Positions 31,386-41,153 of a stretch of DNA of 64,000 bases are shown here, piece after piece (within the stretch, counting starts at the first letter, position 1; every line of letters begins with the position of its first letter). Under the pieces are notes generated by a model that was not told the DNA's origin, made no database searches, and worked only from the letters and a program-made list of their open reading frames with translations. This stretch comes from an uncultured Nitrospiraceae bacterium (lineage in GTDB: Bacteria; Nitrospirota; Thermodesulfovibrionia; Thermodesulfovibrionales; Dissulfurispiraceae): NCBI GenBank assembly GCA_963705105.1, contig CAVPIW010000006.1, positions 160,001-224,000 on the forward strand, written 5' to 3'. A program made the position numbers and the translations under genes.

Positions 31386-31799
31386 CTACCGGACGATGGT
31401 GACACTGCAGGGGGCCTGGGCCACGACCTTCGAGGCCGTGCTGCCCATGAGGGCCCTCTTGATGCCGGTCACTCCCGTGCTTCCCATGATGATGAGGTCG
31501 ATCTTGTCTTCTTCGGCCCTGCGGAGGATGTTGTTTGCCGGAACGATGCCCGCCTCCAGGATCGCCTCAACCTTGATGCCCTTCTGGTCAAAGACGGCCG
31601 TCGCCTTCTTCAGCGCCTCGACAGCCTGGGTCTCCAGCTTGTCCTGGATATTGGGCGGCATATCGTCGAAGTAGTCCTTGGCGTAATACGCCACAGCCAT
31701 GACCGACACCTCGGCCCCCTCCTTTTCCGCCATTTCCAGGGCCCTCTGCACCGCCTTCATCGAGTTATCCGAGCCATCCGTCGTAACCAACACCTTCAT
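31386..31799 (-). CDS. Universal stress protein
   Basis: MKVLVTTDGS...LIIMGSTG...LMGSTASKVVAQAPCSV. Confidence 0.93.
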   Translation of the reverse strand: MKVLVTTDGSDNSMKAVQRALEMAEKEGAEVSVMAVAYYAKDYFDDMPPNIQDKLETQAVEALKKATAVFDQKGIKVEAILEAGIVPANNILRRAEEDKIDLIIMGSTGVTGIKRALMGSTASKVVAQAPCSVTIVR

Positions 31800-31840
31800 G
31801 GAAGACCTCCTTTTCTGACGTACCTTTCAGTCAGTAGTTG

Positions 31841-32599
31841 TTATTTCATCTTCTCGAATTCAGTCTGGATCCGGAACTTTTTCTTCTTTCCCGACAGACG
31901 CACATATGCGATCGGCGAGCCGTCGGCGCTGATCAGGACCTTGTGGACGACGAGAGCGGGAACGCCCTCGGGGACGTCGAGGTGGGCCGCCGCATACCAC
32001 GTCATTTCTCCGACCTCGATGGTCTGCTGCACCCTGTTGATCTTCTTCAGCCCTTTTTCCTGGATAAGGTCATAGAGATGGATGTGGCAGACGTCGTCGG
32101 TCTCGATATCGGGGACAAGTGAAGGAGGGATGAACATCTCTTCGATGAAGACCGGTTCCTTCTCCAGGATGCCCCGGCAAAGGACGTAGTAGATCTCCTT
32201 TTCGGCCCTGAAGAAGGGGGCGATGTCGTCGGCCGTCTTCCTGATTCCTTTCGACACGAGTTCCCGGGTGATCTCGTCTTCATCACTGAAGATGCCGTCT
32301 GTCAGCTTCGTCTTGAAGAACCCCTGGTGGGTGATGGAGTGGAGGACGAAGGTCCCCTTTCCCTGCTGCCTTCTGACATAACCGTACCGGACAAGCTCGG
32401 AGACGGCGAGCCTCACTGTCGCCTTGCTCACATCGAAGATCCGGCACAGCTCGTCTTCCGACGGGATGTGCATGCCCGAGGCCCATTCCCCCTTTTCGAT
32501 CTTTCCCTTGATGATATTGTAGATCTGGACATAAAGCTTTTCGGGACTCTCCCTATCAATCGCTTCTTCGATTATCATAAGGTTATCCTTTTCGGTCAT
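31841..32599 (-). CDS. GntR family (HutC/UTRA) transcriptional regulator
   Basis: LYVQI, IPSEDEL, VSKATVRLA, RQQGKGTFV, then a UTRA-like domain. The true start may be the ATG at 32578. Confidence 0.92.
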   Translation of the reverse strand: MTEKDNLMIIEEAIDRESPEKLYVQIYNIIKGKIEKGEWASGMHIPSEDELCRIFDVSKATVRLAVSELVRYGYVRRQQGKGTFVLHSITHQGFFKTKLTDGIFSDEDEITRELVSKGIRKTADDIAPFFRAEKEIYYVLCRGILEKEPVFIEEMFIPPSLVPDIETDDVCHIHLYDLIQEKGLKKINRVQQTIEVGEMTWYAAAHLDVPEGVPALVVHKVLISADGSPIAYVRLSGKKKKFRIQTEFEKMK

Positions 32600-32614
32600 T
32601 ATAATGATATATTG

Positions 32615-32630
32615 AGCAATATGCGTGCCA
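32615..32630 (-). promoter_or_regulatory. Sigma54 (-24/-12) promoter
   Basis: Minus strand TGGCACGCATATTGCT matches consensus TGGCAC-N5-TTGC; it lies just downstream of a sigma54 activator gene. Confidence 0.88.
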
Positions 32631-32805
32631 CATTTCGATTGCTCTGGATTATCAAAAGGTTTGTCAGGAGGGAATGTCTGCCAGGGGCGCTGTTATGGCG
32701 GCTGAGAGCACCTTTGCGATGCACCCCCCGGCACAGGGACGGGTGAAAGGCGCTGTATTTTAGAGATTCAAGTGCAACAAAGAGTTGCTGCGCATAATGG
32801 AGTTG

Positions 32806-34089
32806 CTATTTCATATGCTTTATCTTCCTCTGGAGCTGCTGCCGGTGGATGCCGAGGCTGTCCGCGGCCCTCGAAATGTTCCCCCGCGAGTCCTGCAGGG
32901 CCGACCAGATGAGCTCCTTTTCCGCCGCTTCGAGAGTTTCCTTGAGCTTCGAGATGCGCCTGGGCGCCGGTGACTGCTGCAGGGCCGACGGGAGGTCCGC
33001 AGGGTAGATGAGGGGGGCGTTGGCAAAGGATATGGCCCGCTCAATGATGTTTTCGAGCTCCCTCACGTTGCCGGGATAGGAATAGTTCATCAGGATGGCG
33101 AGCGCATCATCCGAGATGCCCCTGATGAGAAGGTCTTTTCTTTTCGCCGCGTGTTTGACGATGAAGTGGTCCACGAGCAGAGGGATGTCTTCCATGCGCT
33201 CTCTGAGCGGGGGGAGGTGGATGTTGATGACGTTCAGCCTGTAATAGAGGTCTTCCCTGAAGGTCCCTTTCTTCTTTGCCGTTTTGAGGTCCCTGTTCGT
33301 CGCGGCGAGGATACGCACGTCGACCGTGATGGGTTTCATCCCGCCGATCCTCATGATTTCGCCTTCCTGGATGACCCGCAGGACCTTGATCTGGAAAAGA
33401 GGGGACACGTCGCCGATCTCGTCGAGGAGGACGGTGCCGCCGTCGGCCAGTTCGAGAATGCCCTTCTTGGTGTAGTTGGCCCCCGTGAACGCGCCCTTTT
33501 CGAAGCCGAAGAGCTCCGATTCGAGGAGGGTGTCGGGGATGGCGCTGCAGTTGATGGTCATGAAGGCCCGGTCTTTCCGGGGGCTCCAGCGGTGAATCGC
33601 CTGGGCCACCGGTTCTTTGCCCGTGCCGCTCTCGCCGGTGATGAGGACGGTGCTCTCGCTCATCGCCGCCTTCCGGATGAGGCCGAAGACCTCCTGCATC
33701 GGTCTGCTCATGCCGACGATCTCGTCAAGACCGGTAGGATTGTCGTTTGTGCTCTGTCCGAACCCGGTGAGGACTGCGCGGAGCGATGTGAGTGAGAGGG
33801 GCTTGTCGGCATAATCGGCTGCGCCGAGTTTCATCGCCTCCACACACCGCCTGATGTCGGCCCGCGAGAAGGCGATCACCGGGAGGTGCGTCCTCAGCTC
33901 GATCATCCGCCTCTGCCATTCATCCCTGTCGATGTCGAGGATGGCCACATCATAGCGGTTGAGCTTCGGCGGCTTCGCCTGCGCCCCGCTGTCTCCGGTG
34001 TCGGCGACGACATCGATGGACAAGCCGGGGGACTTGCCGGGGATGGAGACGGCGCCGGGGTCGTCTGTCACGATGAGCACATGGAGCAT
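32806..34089 (-). CDS. Sigma54-dependent activator (degenerate REC + AAA+ + Fis HTH)
   Basis: GESGTGKE, ESELFGFEKGAFTGA, LLDEIGD, FREDLYYRL, YPGNVREL. Confidence 0.94.
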   Translation of the reverse strand: MLHVLIVTDDPGAVSIPGKSPGLSIDVVADTGDSGAQAKPPKLNRYDVAILDIDRDEWQRRMIELRTHLPVIAFSRADIRRCVEAMKLGAADYADKPLSLTSLRAVLTGFGQSTNDNPTGLDEIVGMSRPMQEVFGLIRKAAMSESTVLITGESGTGKEPVAQAIHRWSPRKDRAFMTINCSAIPDTLLESELFGFEKGAFTGANYTKKGILELADGGTVLLDEIGDVSPLFQIKVLRVIQEGEIMRIGGMKPITVDVRILAATNRDLKTAKKKGTFREDLYYRLNVINIHLPPLRERMEDIPLLVDHFIVKHAAKRKDLLIRGISDDALAILMNYSYPGNVRELENIIERAISFANAPLIYPADLPSALQQSPAPRRISKLKETLEAAEKELIWSALQDSRGNISRAADSLGIHRQQLQRKIKHMK

Positions 34090-34100
34090 GGTCGTTCATT

Positions 34101-34323
34101 ATACAATAAAGACAGTGTGAGTGTGAGTGTCAGTGTCAGTGAAAGAAAGACAGGAAGAACAGTGTGAGTGTGAGTGTCAGTGTCAGGAAGACAGGAGGAA
34201 CAGTGTGAGTGTGAGTGACAGTGTGAGTGAAGGGAAGACAGGAAGAACAGTGTGAGTGTGAGTGTCAGTGTCAGTGAAAGGAAGACAGGAAGAACAGTGT
34301 GAGTGTGAGTGTCAGTGTCAGTG
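34101..34323. repeat. Tandem array of AGTGT(C/G) hexamers with GAAAGGAAGACAGGAAGAAC spacers
   Basis: Spacers at about 34141, 34186, 34229 and 34276; the leading flank ATACAATAAAGAC equals the spacer of the 18.9-kb array. Confidence 0.95.
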
Positions 34324-34525
34324 AAATCGGATAGCAAATTAACGCGTTCCCTGGCAGAGCCACGGTCAGTTTATAGTGCTGTCATTCCGGCTTGTCCGGA
34401 ATCTTTCTTTTTTCAGACGGATTCCCGACGCCCCCGCATCAAGTGCGGGGTTGCGGCAATGACAACATGAGAGGTGGTCCCCACTGACACTCGCACTCAG
34501 ACTCACACTGACACTGACACTCACA
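34321..34525. repeat. Composite repeat, direct-repeat copy 2
   Basis: Near-identical to 19161-19331; ends in an inverted GACACT/CACACT tract. Confidence 0.95.
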
Positions 34526-34567
34526 TTGATACCGTGGAGACTGGTATAATACTAAGTGAGGTAATAT

Positions 34568-37087
34568 GTGAGTCCCCTTTGGGCCGATCCGAAAGCAAGT
34601 TCGACCCTGTCGACGCGGGCGCTGAGCAAGCATGCCGTCGAATATCTGCGGCGTGACGGCACGGAGCGCCATTACCCGGCAGGATCGGTCATCGTCCAGC
34701 GCACAGAAACGCATCGTCCCTTTTATGTCATCCTGAAGGGACAGGTCGAGGTCCGCTACACGAGCGACGACGGACTCGTCCTCCGCCTCTCCCGCCTCGG
34801 ACCCCGGTCGACCTTCGGTGAAACGGCACTTCTCCGGAAGCACTTCGAGGCCTCCGAGGTCATTGCCATAACAGACGTCGACGTCCTCGTCTATCCCGCC
34901 GAAAAATTTCATCAGGCCGTCGAGGAAAACGAAGAGCTGCAAACCTATCTGCTCTCTCAGCTCGCGGGCAACCTCCATCACATGAGGTCGCTGGCGTGGC
35001 GTTTCTACCGCCGCACAAAGGCCCTCGACCGCCTTGTCATGTCCGATTACACGAAGGAGCCGATCATCGCCTTCTCGCGGAGGATGCGCGCCCTGGAACA
35101 GCGGATCCCGGAGGTTGCGCAGAATGCCAGGCCCCTTCTGATCAGCGGAGAGGAGGGCACGGGCAAGTTCTTCATTGCGAAGAAAGTCTACGAGGCGATG
35201 GGGAATCCGCAGATGCCCTTCCTCGTCGTCGACTGTTCCAAACTGGAGGAAGGCAACGGGCACCATATCCTCTTCGGCACGGGAGCCCATGCCGACTCTT
35301 TCCATGCCGCCTTCGGCGCCGTCCACCTGGCCGAGGGTGGGGTCCTGGTACTTCGCAATATCGACGCACTGGACAGGCAGAGCCAGGAACAACTCTCCCG
35401 TTACCTCTCGGAGATGACGTCCCGCACGTCCCGCTTCGCCCCCCGCATCATCGCGACGACGCAGGAGAAAATCCAGGAGCTTGTGCAGTCCGAGAAGTTC
35501 CCGGCGACGCTTGCCATGATCTTTTCGGGGAATGTGCTGCAGGTACCCGCCCTTGGCGAACGCAGATCCGATATCCTCCCCCTGGCCCGGCACATCCTTT
35601 CATCACGGCGCGGCCGCGATGCGTCAGGGGAACTGACGCCGGAAGCCGAGGCCCTTCTGTTCTCCTTGCGCTTCCAGCACAAAAACGTGACGGAGCTGAA
35701 AGAGACGATCAACCTCGCCGACTTCCTCTCCGAAGGCGGCATGATCCGCCCCGAACACCTGTCCGCCGGGCCTGCCGATGAGCGGATGCTCGAATTCGAC
35801 CTCTTCAGGTTCCGGTGGGTCCGGTGGCTCATCAGTCCCCGTACGCTCAGCGTCCTCCGGTATCTCACTCTCGCTGTTTTCCTCGGCGTCGTGGGGCTGA
35901 CGCTTTTCTTCCCTGACACCCCCGCGGGAGAGACGGCGAACAGGCTGATCTGGAGCTTCTGGGAGCCCGCGCTCGTTGTCGCATTCCTGCTGTCGGGACG
36001 TCTCTGGTGCACCATATGCCCCTTGTCCACGGCGGACAACGTGCTGCAGAGGCTTGGTTCCCTCGGACGCGCCGCCCCGGCCTTCATCAGGAAGTACGGG
36101 ATCTTTTTCGCGATCATCGGGCTGGTGGCGATCATATGGAGCGAGCATGCCTTTCACATGACGGAGAAGCCTTTCGGGTCGGGCCTCCTGCTGCTGGCGC
36201 TCCTGGCGGGCGCCGTCATATTCGGACTGATCTATCAACGGCAGCATGTCTGGTGCCGGTACATCTGCCCCCTCGGCGTCTGGGGCGCCGCCTTTTCGGC
36301 CACCTCGTTCCTCCAGCTCCGGGCAAACCCGTCGGTCTGTTCGACGCGGTGCACGACCCAGGACTGCTACAAAGGGAACAAGGAACAGACGGGCTGTCCC
36401 ACTTTCCATCACCCCCTGTATACGAGCGACGGGTATGCCTGCAAGCTCTGTTTCAAGTGCATCTCCCTCTGTCCCTATGACTCCCCGCGGCTTTATATCA
36501 GGCCCCTGCTCCGCGGCCTCTGGGGGCTGGGCAGCCTGAACGGGGTCCTCATCCCCTTCAATCTCTCCCTTTTCGCCTTTTCCCTTGCCATGCTCGCGTC
36601 ATGGCACGGGCGCTGGCTGTCGACGCCCCTCGGTCTCGCCGTCGGGGCGGCCGTTGCAGTGGCCGCCGCGTATCTCTTCCAGCGGACCCTGCCCCACCTG
36701 CTCAGCGCGGAAACGGAGCGCGACCCTTCCATCACGGCGCGGATCGCCTTCGCCTTTCTGGTGCTCGCCTGGGGCCCTCTCTTTGCGTACCAGATCGAGA
36801 ACATCCCCATACTCCCGAGCCTGACCGTCCATGCCATCGAGGGGTCCCCCTGGGGCGCTTACCTTCCTGACCCGGGCATCAGCTTCCTGGGACTCACGCA
36901 GGCGCTGATCATCCTCTTTGCCGCCAGCCTCTCCTTCGTCTGTTTCGTCGAGATCCGGGCCCGCCTGACCCGGCTGGGGGTCGAACTGTCACGCAGGGCC
37001 TGGAAGCTCTTCGCCCTTATTTTCTCCGTCTATATCGTGCTGGCGCTCCTCATCGTCGTCATGCATGAAATCCGCCATCCGGGGTGA
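34568..37087 (+). CDS. cNMP-binding + degenerate sigma54 AAA+ + membrane 4Fe-4S (NapH/NosR-like) fusion protein
   Basis: FYVILKGQVEV/TFGETALL (cNMP); GEEGTGK with no GAFTGA; GRLWCTICP, WCRYICPLG, CKLCFKCISLCP; many TMs. Confidence 0.85.
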   Translation: MSPLWADPKASSTLSTRALSKHAVEYLRRDGTERHYPAGSVIVQRTETHRPFYVILKGQVEVRYTSDDGLVLRLSRLGPRSTFGETALLRKHFEASEVIAITDVDVLVYPAEKFHQAVEENEELQTYLLSQLAGNLHHMRSLAWRFYRRTKALDRLVMSDYTKEPIIAFSRRMRALEQRIPEVAQNARPLLISGEEGTGKFFIAKKVYEAMGNPQMPFLVVDCSKLEEGNGHHILFGTGAHADSFHAAFGAVHLAEGGVLVLRNIDALDRQSQEQLSRYLSEMTSRTSRFAPRIIATTQEKIQELVQSEKFPATLAMIFSGNVLQVPALGERRSDILPLARHILSSRRGRDASGELTPEAEALLFSLRFQHKNVTELKETINLADFLSEGGMIRPEHLSAGPADERMLEFDLFRFRWVRWLISPRTLSVLRYLTLAVFLGVVGLTLFFPDTPAGETANRLIWSFWEPALVVAFLLSGRLWCTICPLSTADNVLQRLGSLGRAAPAFIRKYGIFFAIIGLVAIIWSEHAFHMTEKPFGSGLLLLALLAGAVIFGLIYQRQHVWCRYICPLGVWGAAFSATSFLQLRANPSVCSTRCTTQDCYKGNKEQTGCPTFHHPLYTSDGYACKLCFKCISLCPYDSPRLYIRPLLRGLWGLGSLNGVLIPFNLSLFAFSLAMLASWHGRWLSTPLGLAVGAAVAVAAAYLFQRTLPHLLSAETERDPSITARIAFAFLVLAWGPLFAYQIENIPILPSLTVHAIEGSPWGAYLPDPGISFLGLTQALIILFAASLSFVCFVEIRARLTRLGVELSRRAWKLFALIFSVYIVLALLIVVMHEIRHPG

Positions 37088-37096
37088 CGCAAACCA

Positions 37097-37849
37097 CTAT
37101 TTCTCCATCGCCTCTCTCAGCATTGCATAAACTTCCCTGTGGCCATGTTCCAATGCGATGTCAGCCGCCGTTTTGCCGTTTTTCGCCCTGACCTTCACGT
37201 CTGCGCCTTTGCCGATGAGCAGTTCCGCACACTCCGCACAACCGTTGCCTGCCGTCATGTACAGCGCCGTCTGTCCCTCCTTGTCTTTTGCATTTACGTC
37301 GGCGCCCTTCTCGATGAGCAGCCGCACCATATCGATCCTGCAATTGAACGCCGGCCGGTGCAGAGTCGTCTGGCCGAGCTTGTCCCTCTCGTTCACCTTC
37401 GCTCCTTTTTCGATCAGATAGCGGACGAGATCGAGAGCGGTCTCTGCTGAGAAGTAATCGTTTGCTGCCTCATGGAGCGGTGTTGCACCGAGGCTGTTCT
37501 TGGCGTTCACGTTTGCCCCTTTGCTGACGAGGAGGGAGACGATGTCGGCATAGCCCCGGTATGAAGCCGCATGCAGGGCCGTATTCCCCGAGGCGCTTTG
37601 GATGTTCACCTTTGCGCCCTTTTCGATGAGAAGACGGGCGATGTCGAGGTGGCCCATCGCTATCGCGTAGTGCAGAGCCGATTCCTTCTCCGCACCTCTT
37701 ACATTGATGTCCGCGCCTTTCTTGATCAGCGTGCGGACGGCATCGATGTCACCATAGCCGACGGCATCGATCAGCGAAGCCGCCGGGGCCGGGACCACCG
37801 ACAAAACGATGACAACTGCGCACAGGATAACGACACACAACGATTTCAT
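37097..37849 (-). CDS. Secreted ankyrin-repeat protein
   Basis: Signal peptide and about six repeats of G.TALH.A...LLIEKGA.VN. Confidence 0.93.
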   Translation of the reverse strand: MKSLCVVILCAVVIVLSVVPAPAASLIDAVGYGDIDAVRTLIKKGADINVRGAEKESALHYAIAMGHLDIARLLIEKGAKVNIQSASGNTALHAASYRGYADIVSLLVSKGANVNAKNSLGATPLHEAANDYFSAETALDLVRYLIEKGAKVNERDKLGQTTLHRPAFNCRIDMVRLLIEKGADVNAKDKEGQTALYMTAGNGCAECAELLIGKGADVKVRAKNGKTAADIALEHGHREVYAMLREAMEK

Positions 37850-38001
37850 GGGACACCTCCGGAGGATGAATTTAGATACAGAAGGTACTATACCGATTGA
37901 GAAAAGTCTTGGCAATTGTTGCGATAGGGGCCGGTTTGTTCCGGATTTGTATGAGCCTGCGTCGAAATCATTTATAATACTGATACGGTTGGTGAGGTTG
38001 C

Positions 38002-38184
38002 GTGAAATTCAGCGAACTCGTAAGATTGTTGGAAGAAAACGGCTTTAAGATCCTGAAAGAGAAAGGATCAATTCGCTATTATATGAAACCAGGCTGGGAC
38101 AGGCTCATTCGGGTTGACTTCCATGGCTCGAAGGAGGTGCCTACAGGCACGTGTCATGCCATTCTGAAAGCTGCCGGACTGTAA
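38002..38184 (+). CDS. hicA: HicA family toxin
   Basis: 60 aa: LLEENGF...KGS...VDFHGSKEVPTGTCHAILKAAGL. Confidence 0.85.
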   Translation: MKFSELVRLLEENGFKILKEKGSIRYYMKPGWDRLIRVDFHGSKEVPTGTCHAILKAAGL

Positions 38185-38215
38185 AGAAGAAGCATAATCG
38201 TAACGGAGATGATAA

Positions 38216-38461
38216 ATGATCGAGCTGCCATACTCCTTGGTTATTGAAGCAACGGTGGAACCGGATTATTTCGGTTTCTATTCCCCCGAACTTGAAGGTT
38301 TCTCAGGCATCGGGCACTCCATTGAAGACTGCCTGTATAAGGCCAAATGGGGAATGGCCGAACACGTAGACCTTTTGAAAGACCAGGGCCTTCCTGTGCC
38401 ACCCGTAAATAATAACCCGAAAATAATCATTCAGAACGAACAGACGGCAAAGGCTGCATGA
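38216..38461 (+). CDS. hicB: HicB family antitoxin (short, no DNA-binding domain)
   Basis: YSLVIE...YSPELEGFSGIGHSIEDCL...LKDQGLPVP; follows hicA. Confidence 0.85.
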   Translation: MIELPYSLVIEATVEPDYFGFYSPELEGFSGIGHSIEDCLYKAKWGMAEHVDLLKDQGLPVPPVNNNPKIIIQNEQTAKAA

Positions 38462-38616
38462 GCCACGGCGCTCGTGGCAGGGGCATATGTGGAAGAGACG
38501 AGGTTCCGGATCAATTCAGCGGATCAGCCCGAATGGGCATGATACTCGTTGACTCATGCGAAACTTTGACTCTGTGATGACTTCACACTGCTTGATTGCT
38601 TGAGAATTTCTTCACA

Positions 38617-38701
38617 GCCGGAGTGGCGGAACTGGCAGACGCAAGGGACTTAAAATCCCTCGCTCCTTGCGGGCATACGGGTTCGACCCCCGTCTCCGGC
38701 A
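38617..38701 (+). tRNA. tRNA-Leu (anticodon TAA), CCA not encoded
   Basis: GCCGGAG acceptor stem, anticodon arm AGGGA-CTTAAAA-TCCCT, long variable arm, GGTTCGAC T-loop. Confidence 0.96.
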
Positions 38702-38708
38702 TTATATT

Positions 38709-38957
38709 TCAATGGATATGGTCCCTCTTCATCGTGAGGGTGAGTGCCGGCAGGCATGAAAAAAAGCACACTATTCTGGTAATGCCGGGATATCCGTCAA
38801 AGCCCGCGTCGAAACTCATGATCGAATGAATGCCCTGTCGCTCCATGACGGCCAGGTGGAGCGCGTCCCTGGCAGAGATGTGCTGAGAGCCTGCCAAAAT
38901 ATCTTTCGCGCGGTTGACATCCGTCAGTTCGACGGCAAAGACATTGTCGACATTTAC
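38709..38957 (-). pseudogene. VapC/PIN toxin C-terminal fragment
   Basis: VDNVFAVELTDVNRAKDILAG...SARDALHLAVMERQGIHSIMSFDAGFDGYPGITRI, with no PIN N-terminus in frame. Confidence 0.8.
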
Positions 38958-39103
38958 GGTATCCCCGGGATAAAACCAGATACCCTCCTCTCACCATTCC
39001 CCATTGACACCACATCTGTATTTCAGCAGTCTCTCTCATGGAAGAAGCCGTCTTCAGGCGCCTATGCCAGAGGCGGCATGTGCCGTATGAAGAAGGCTGA
39101 TAA

Positions 39104-39155
39104 GTCAGGGCAGGCTTGTTTCACCAATCAGAGCAATTCGCAAGTCTGACCCTGA
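39104..39155. repeat. Imperfect inverted repeat (REP-like)
   Basis: GTCAGGGCAGGCTTG ... CAAGTCTGACCCTGA. Confidence 0.55.
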
Positions 39156-39276
39156 GACCCTGACGAATGCCGTTTTTCATCGGCTGACAGGCAAAGCAAA
39201 TTAATGGAGCGCTGTCCCACTGAAATTAATTATGGTTTACTTTAAGTTCGATATAAAGTATTATATATTTATCTAT

Positions 39277-40497
39277 ATGGACGGGAAGATCTACAAACGG
39301 GATATAGTTGCCGAGATAGACAGATATCTCACTACTGATGATGTCATTGTCCTGCACGGGGCACGGCAGGTGGGAAAGACGTCGCTGATGCGCTATCTCG
39401 AGGCTGAACTGAAAGCCAAAGGGGAAAAGACCCTCTTCATCGACCTCGAAGACTCCAGGTATGTGAAGGTACTCGACGCGGGGACCGGGGAGTTTCTGAA
39501 GCTGCTGGAAGAGGAGGGCGCGAGGACTGTCCATCCTGAGAGGAAGGTTTATGTCTTCATAGATGAGATACAGTATCTGTCCGACCCTTCGTCGTTTCTC
39601 AAGCTGATTGCGGACCATCAAAAGTCAATCAAGCTGATCGTATCGGGCTCGTCGAGCTTTGCCATCAAGTCCCGCTTCAGGGATTCCCTTGTCGGCAGAA
39701 CAGTCAATTTCGACATATTCAACCTTTCCTTCAGGGAGTTCCTGCTTTTCAAGGGCATAACGTTCCGGGAAGGAGCGGAAGACACGGCAAGGAAAACGGA
39801 GGAGTTGAAGCGCCTTTTCAGGCAGTACCTGCTCTATGGCGGCTATCCGAAGATCGTCCTGACACCCGAGGTGCAGATGAAGGAGAAATACCTGCAGCAG
39901 ATCATCGACACCTATGTGAAGAGGGACATCAGGGACCTGGCGAGCGTGAAGGACATAGAGAAATTCAATAAGCTCCTCGAAGCGCTCGCGGCCCAGAGCA
40001 GCCAGATGCTGAATGTCGCCGAACTGGCGGGAACGACCCGCATCGCGAAGCAGACAGTCGAGAAGTACCTGTTCATCATGGAAAACACCTATATCCTGAA
40101 GCTGGTCAGGCCTTTCAGCGGCAATATACGGTCGGAACTGTTCAAGATGCCCAAGATCTTCTTCTATGATACCGGCATCATGCAGATGCTCTGGCTGAAA
40201 GGCCTGCAGAAAGAGATCATCGGCAACGTTTTTGAGACCGCTGTCTTCAGCGAGCTGGTGAAAAAATACGGAAAGGAAGCGGTCTATTACTGGAGGACGA
40301 AAGACAAAAAGGAAATAGATTTCGTCCTGAGGATAAAGAGAGACGTCCTGCCCGTTGAGGCGAAACTTAACTTCGGTCAGTTCAAGACGACGGCCATCAA
40401 CTATTTCAGGGAGAGATACGGTATAGACCGGTACGTTGTCGCCGGCCTGGAAGGGGAGCGGAAGAACGAATTCCAAGTGTATCCGTGGCGCCTCTGA
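39277..40497 (+). CDS. AAA+ ATPase (AAA_14) with DUF4143 / C-terminal nuclease-like motif
   Basis: GARQVGKT, FIDEIQ, SGSSS, YGGYP, PKIFFYDTG, EIDFV...VEAK. Confidence 0.92.
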   Translation: MDGKIYKRDIVAEIDRYLTTDDVIVLHGARQVGKTSLMRYLEAELKAKGEKTLFIDLEDSRYVKVLDAGTGEFLKLLEEEGARTVHPERKVYVFIDEIQYLSDPSSFLKLIADHQKSIKLIVSGSSSFAIKSRFRDSLVGRTVNFDIFNLSFREFLLFKGITFREGAEDTARKTEELKRLFRQYLLYGGYPKIVLTPEVQMKEKYLQQIIDTYVKRDIRDLASVKDIEKFNKLLEALAAQSSQMLNVAELAGTTRIAKQTVEKYLFIMENTYILKLVRPFSGNIRSELFKMPKIFFYDTGIMQMLWLKGLQKEIIGNVFETAVFSELVKKYGKEAVYYWRTKDKKEIDFVLRIKRDVLPVEAKLNFGQFKTTAINYFRERYGIDRYVVAGLEGERKNEFQVYPWRL

Positions 40498-40697
40498 AAG
40501 GCCTGTTCCATCACGTTTTCCAATCATGTGCCGGTGCAGCTGATTCAACAGGCTGGTCGCCAGCATGACCATGTTAATGTTGCGATGCTCTGTCCACGTC
40601 TCCGATTCTCTGTTCCTGCGCAACTGCGCCATCCTGTATGCGGGAGGGGGAGCGAGGCCATCTCTCCGGGGGAAATGAGGCCGTTCCCGTCGCCGTC

Positions 40698-41153
40698 TCA
40701 TCGCGGCTCGGCAACGGTTGTCGGCGTGTCAACGACGCCGGCATAAAAGACGAGAATCTCAGCAGGATCATTCCCCTCGTTGATGCCGTAGTGCAACGTG
40801 TCGACCACCTCGATGATGGGATCTCCCGCCTTGAGATGCAGCTTCTTCCCTTCCGTCGTCACGACCGTGAGCCGCCCGCTTATCAGGACGCCGGCGTTTA
40901 TCACGGGGTGACGGTGCGCGTTGAGCAGGGCTCCCGCAGGTATGGTAATCCTCAGAATCGTGATCTCCGGCTGACCCTTTGGATAGGCAGGCAGCAGCGC
41001 TCCGTCCCAGCTTCGGGTCGTTTTCATGAGCTGTTCCCTGACGACCGGCGACCCCTCTCCCGCTTGCGTTCCGCTCCGAAACTGAGCACAGCCGGACTGC
41101 AGGAGCAGAATGACGGAAAGGGCCGCGAGGATTCGTATGGTTTGTTGCTTCAC
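40698..41153 (-). CDS. Cupin-domain lipoprotein
   Basis: Lipobox-like LQSGC; SWDGALLPAYP; HRHPVINAG...EVVDTLHYG. Confidence 0.88.
   Translation of the reverse strand: MKQQTIRILAALSVILLLQSGCAQFRSGTQAGEGSPVVREQLMKTTRSWDGALLPAYPKGQPEITILRITIPAGALLNAHRHPVINAGVLISGRLTVVTTEGKKLHLKAGDPIIEVVDTLHYGINEGNDPAEILVFYAGVVDTPTTVAEPR

Noticed and set aside
34068..34337. ORFs with SVSVSV / TLTLTL / TDTHT runs or YAPKTL motifs (e.g. 9405, 15888, 19206, 41705-42021, 44847, 58473, 62544)
   Set aside because: These are translations of the non-coding repeats, and all frames appear interchangeably.
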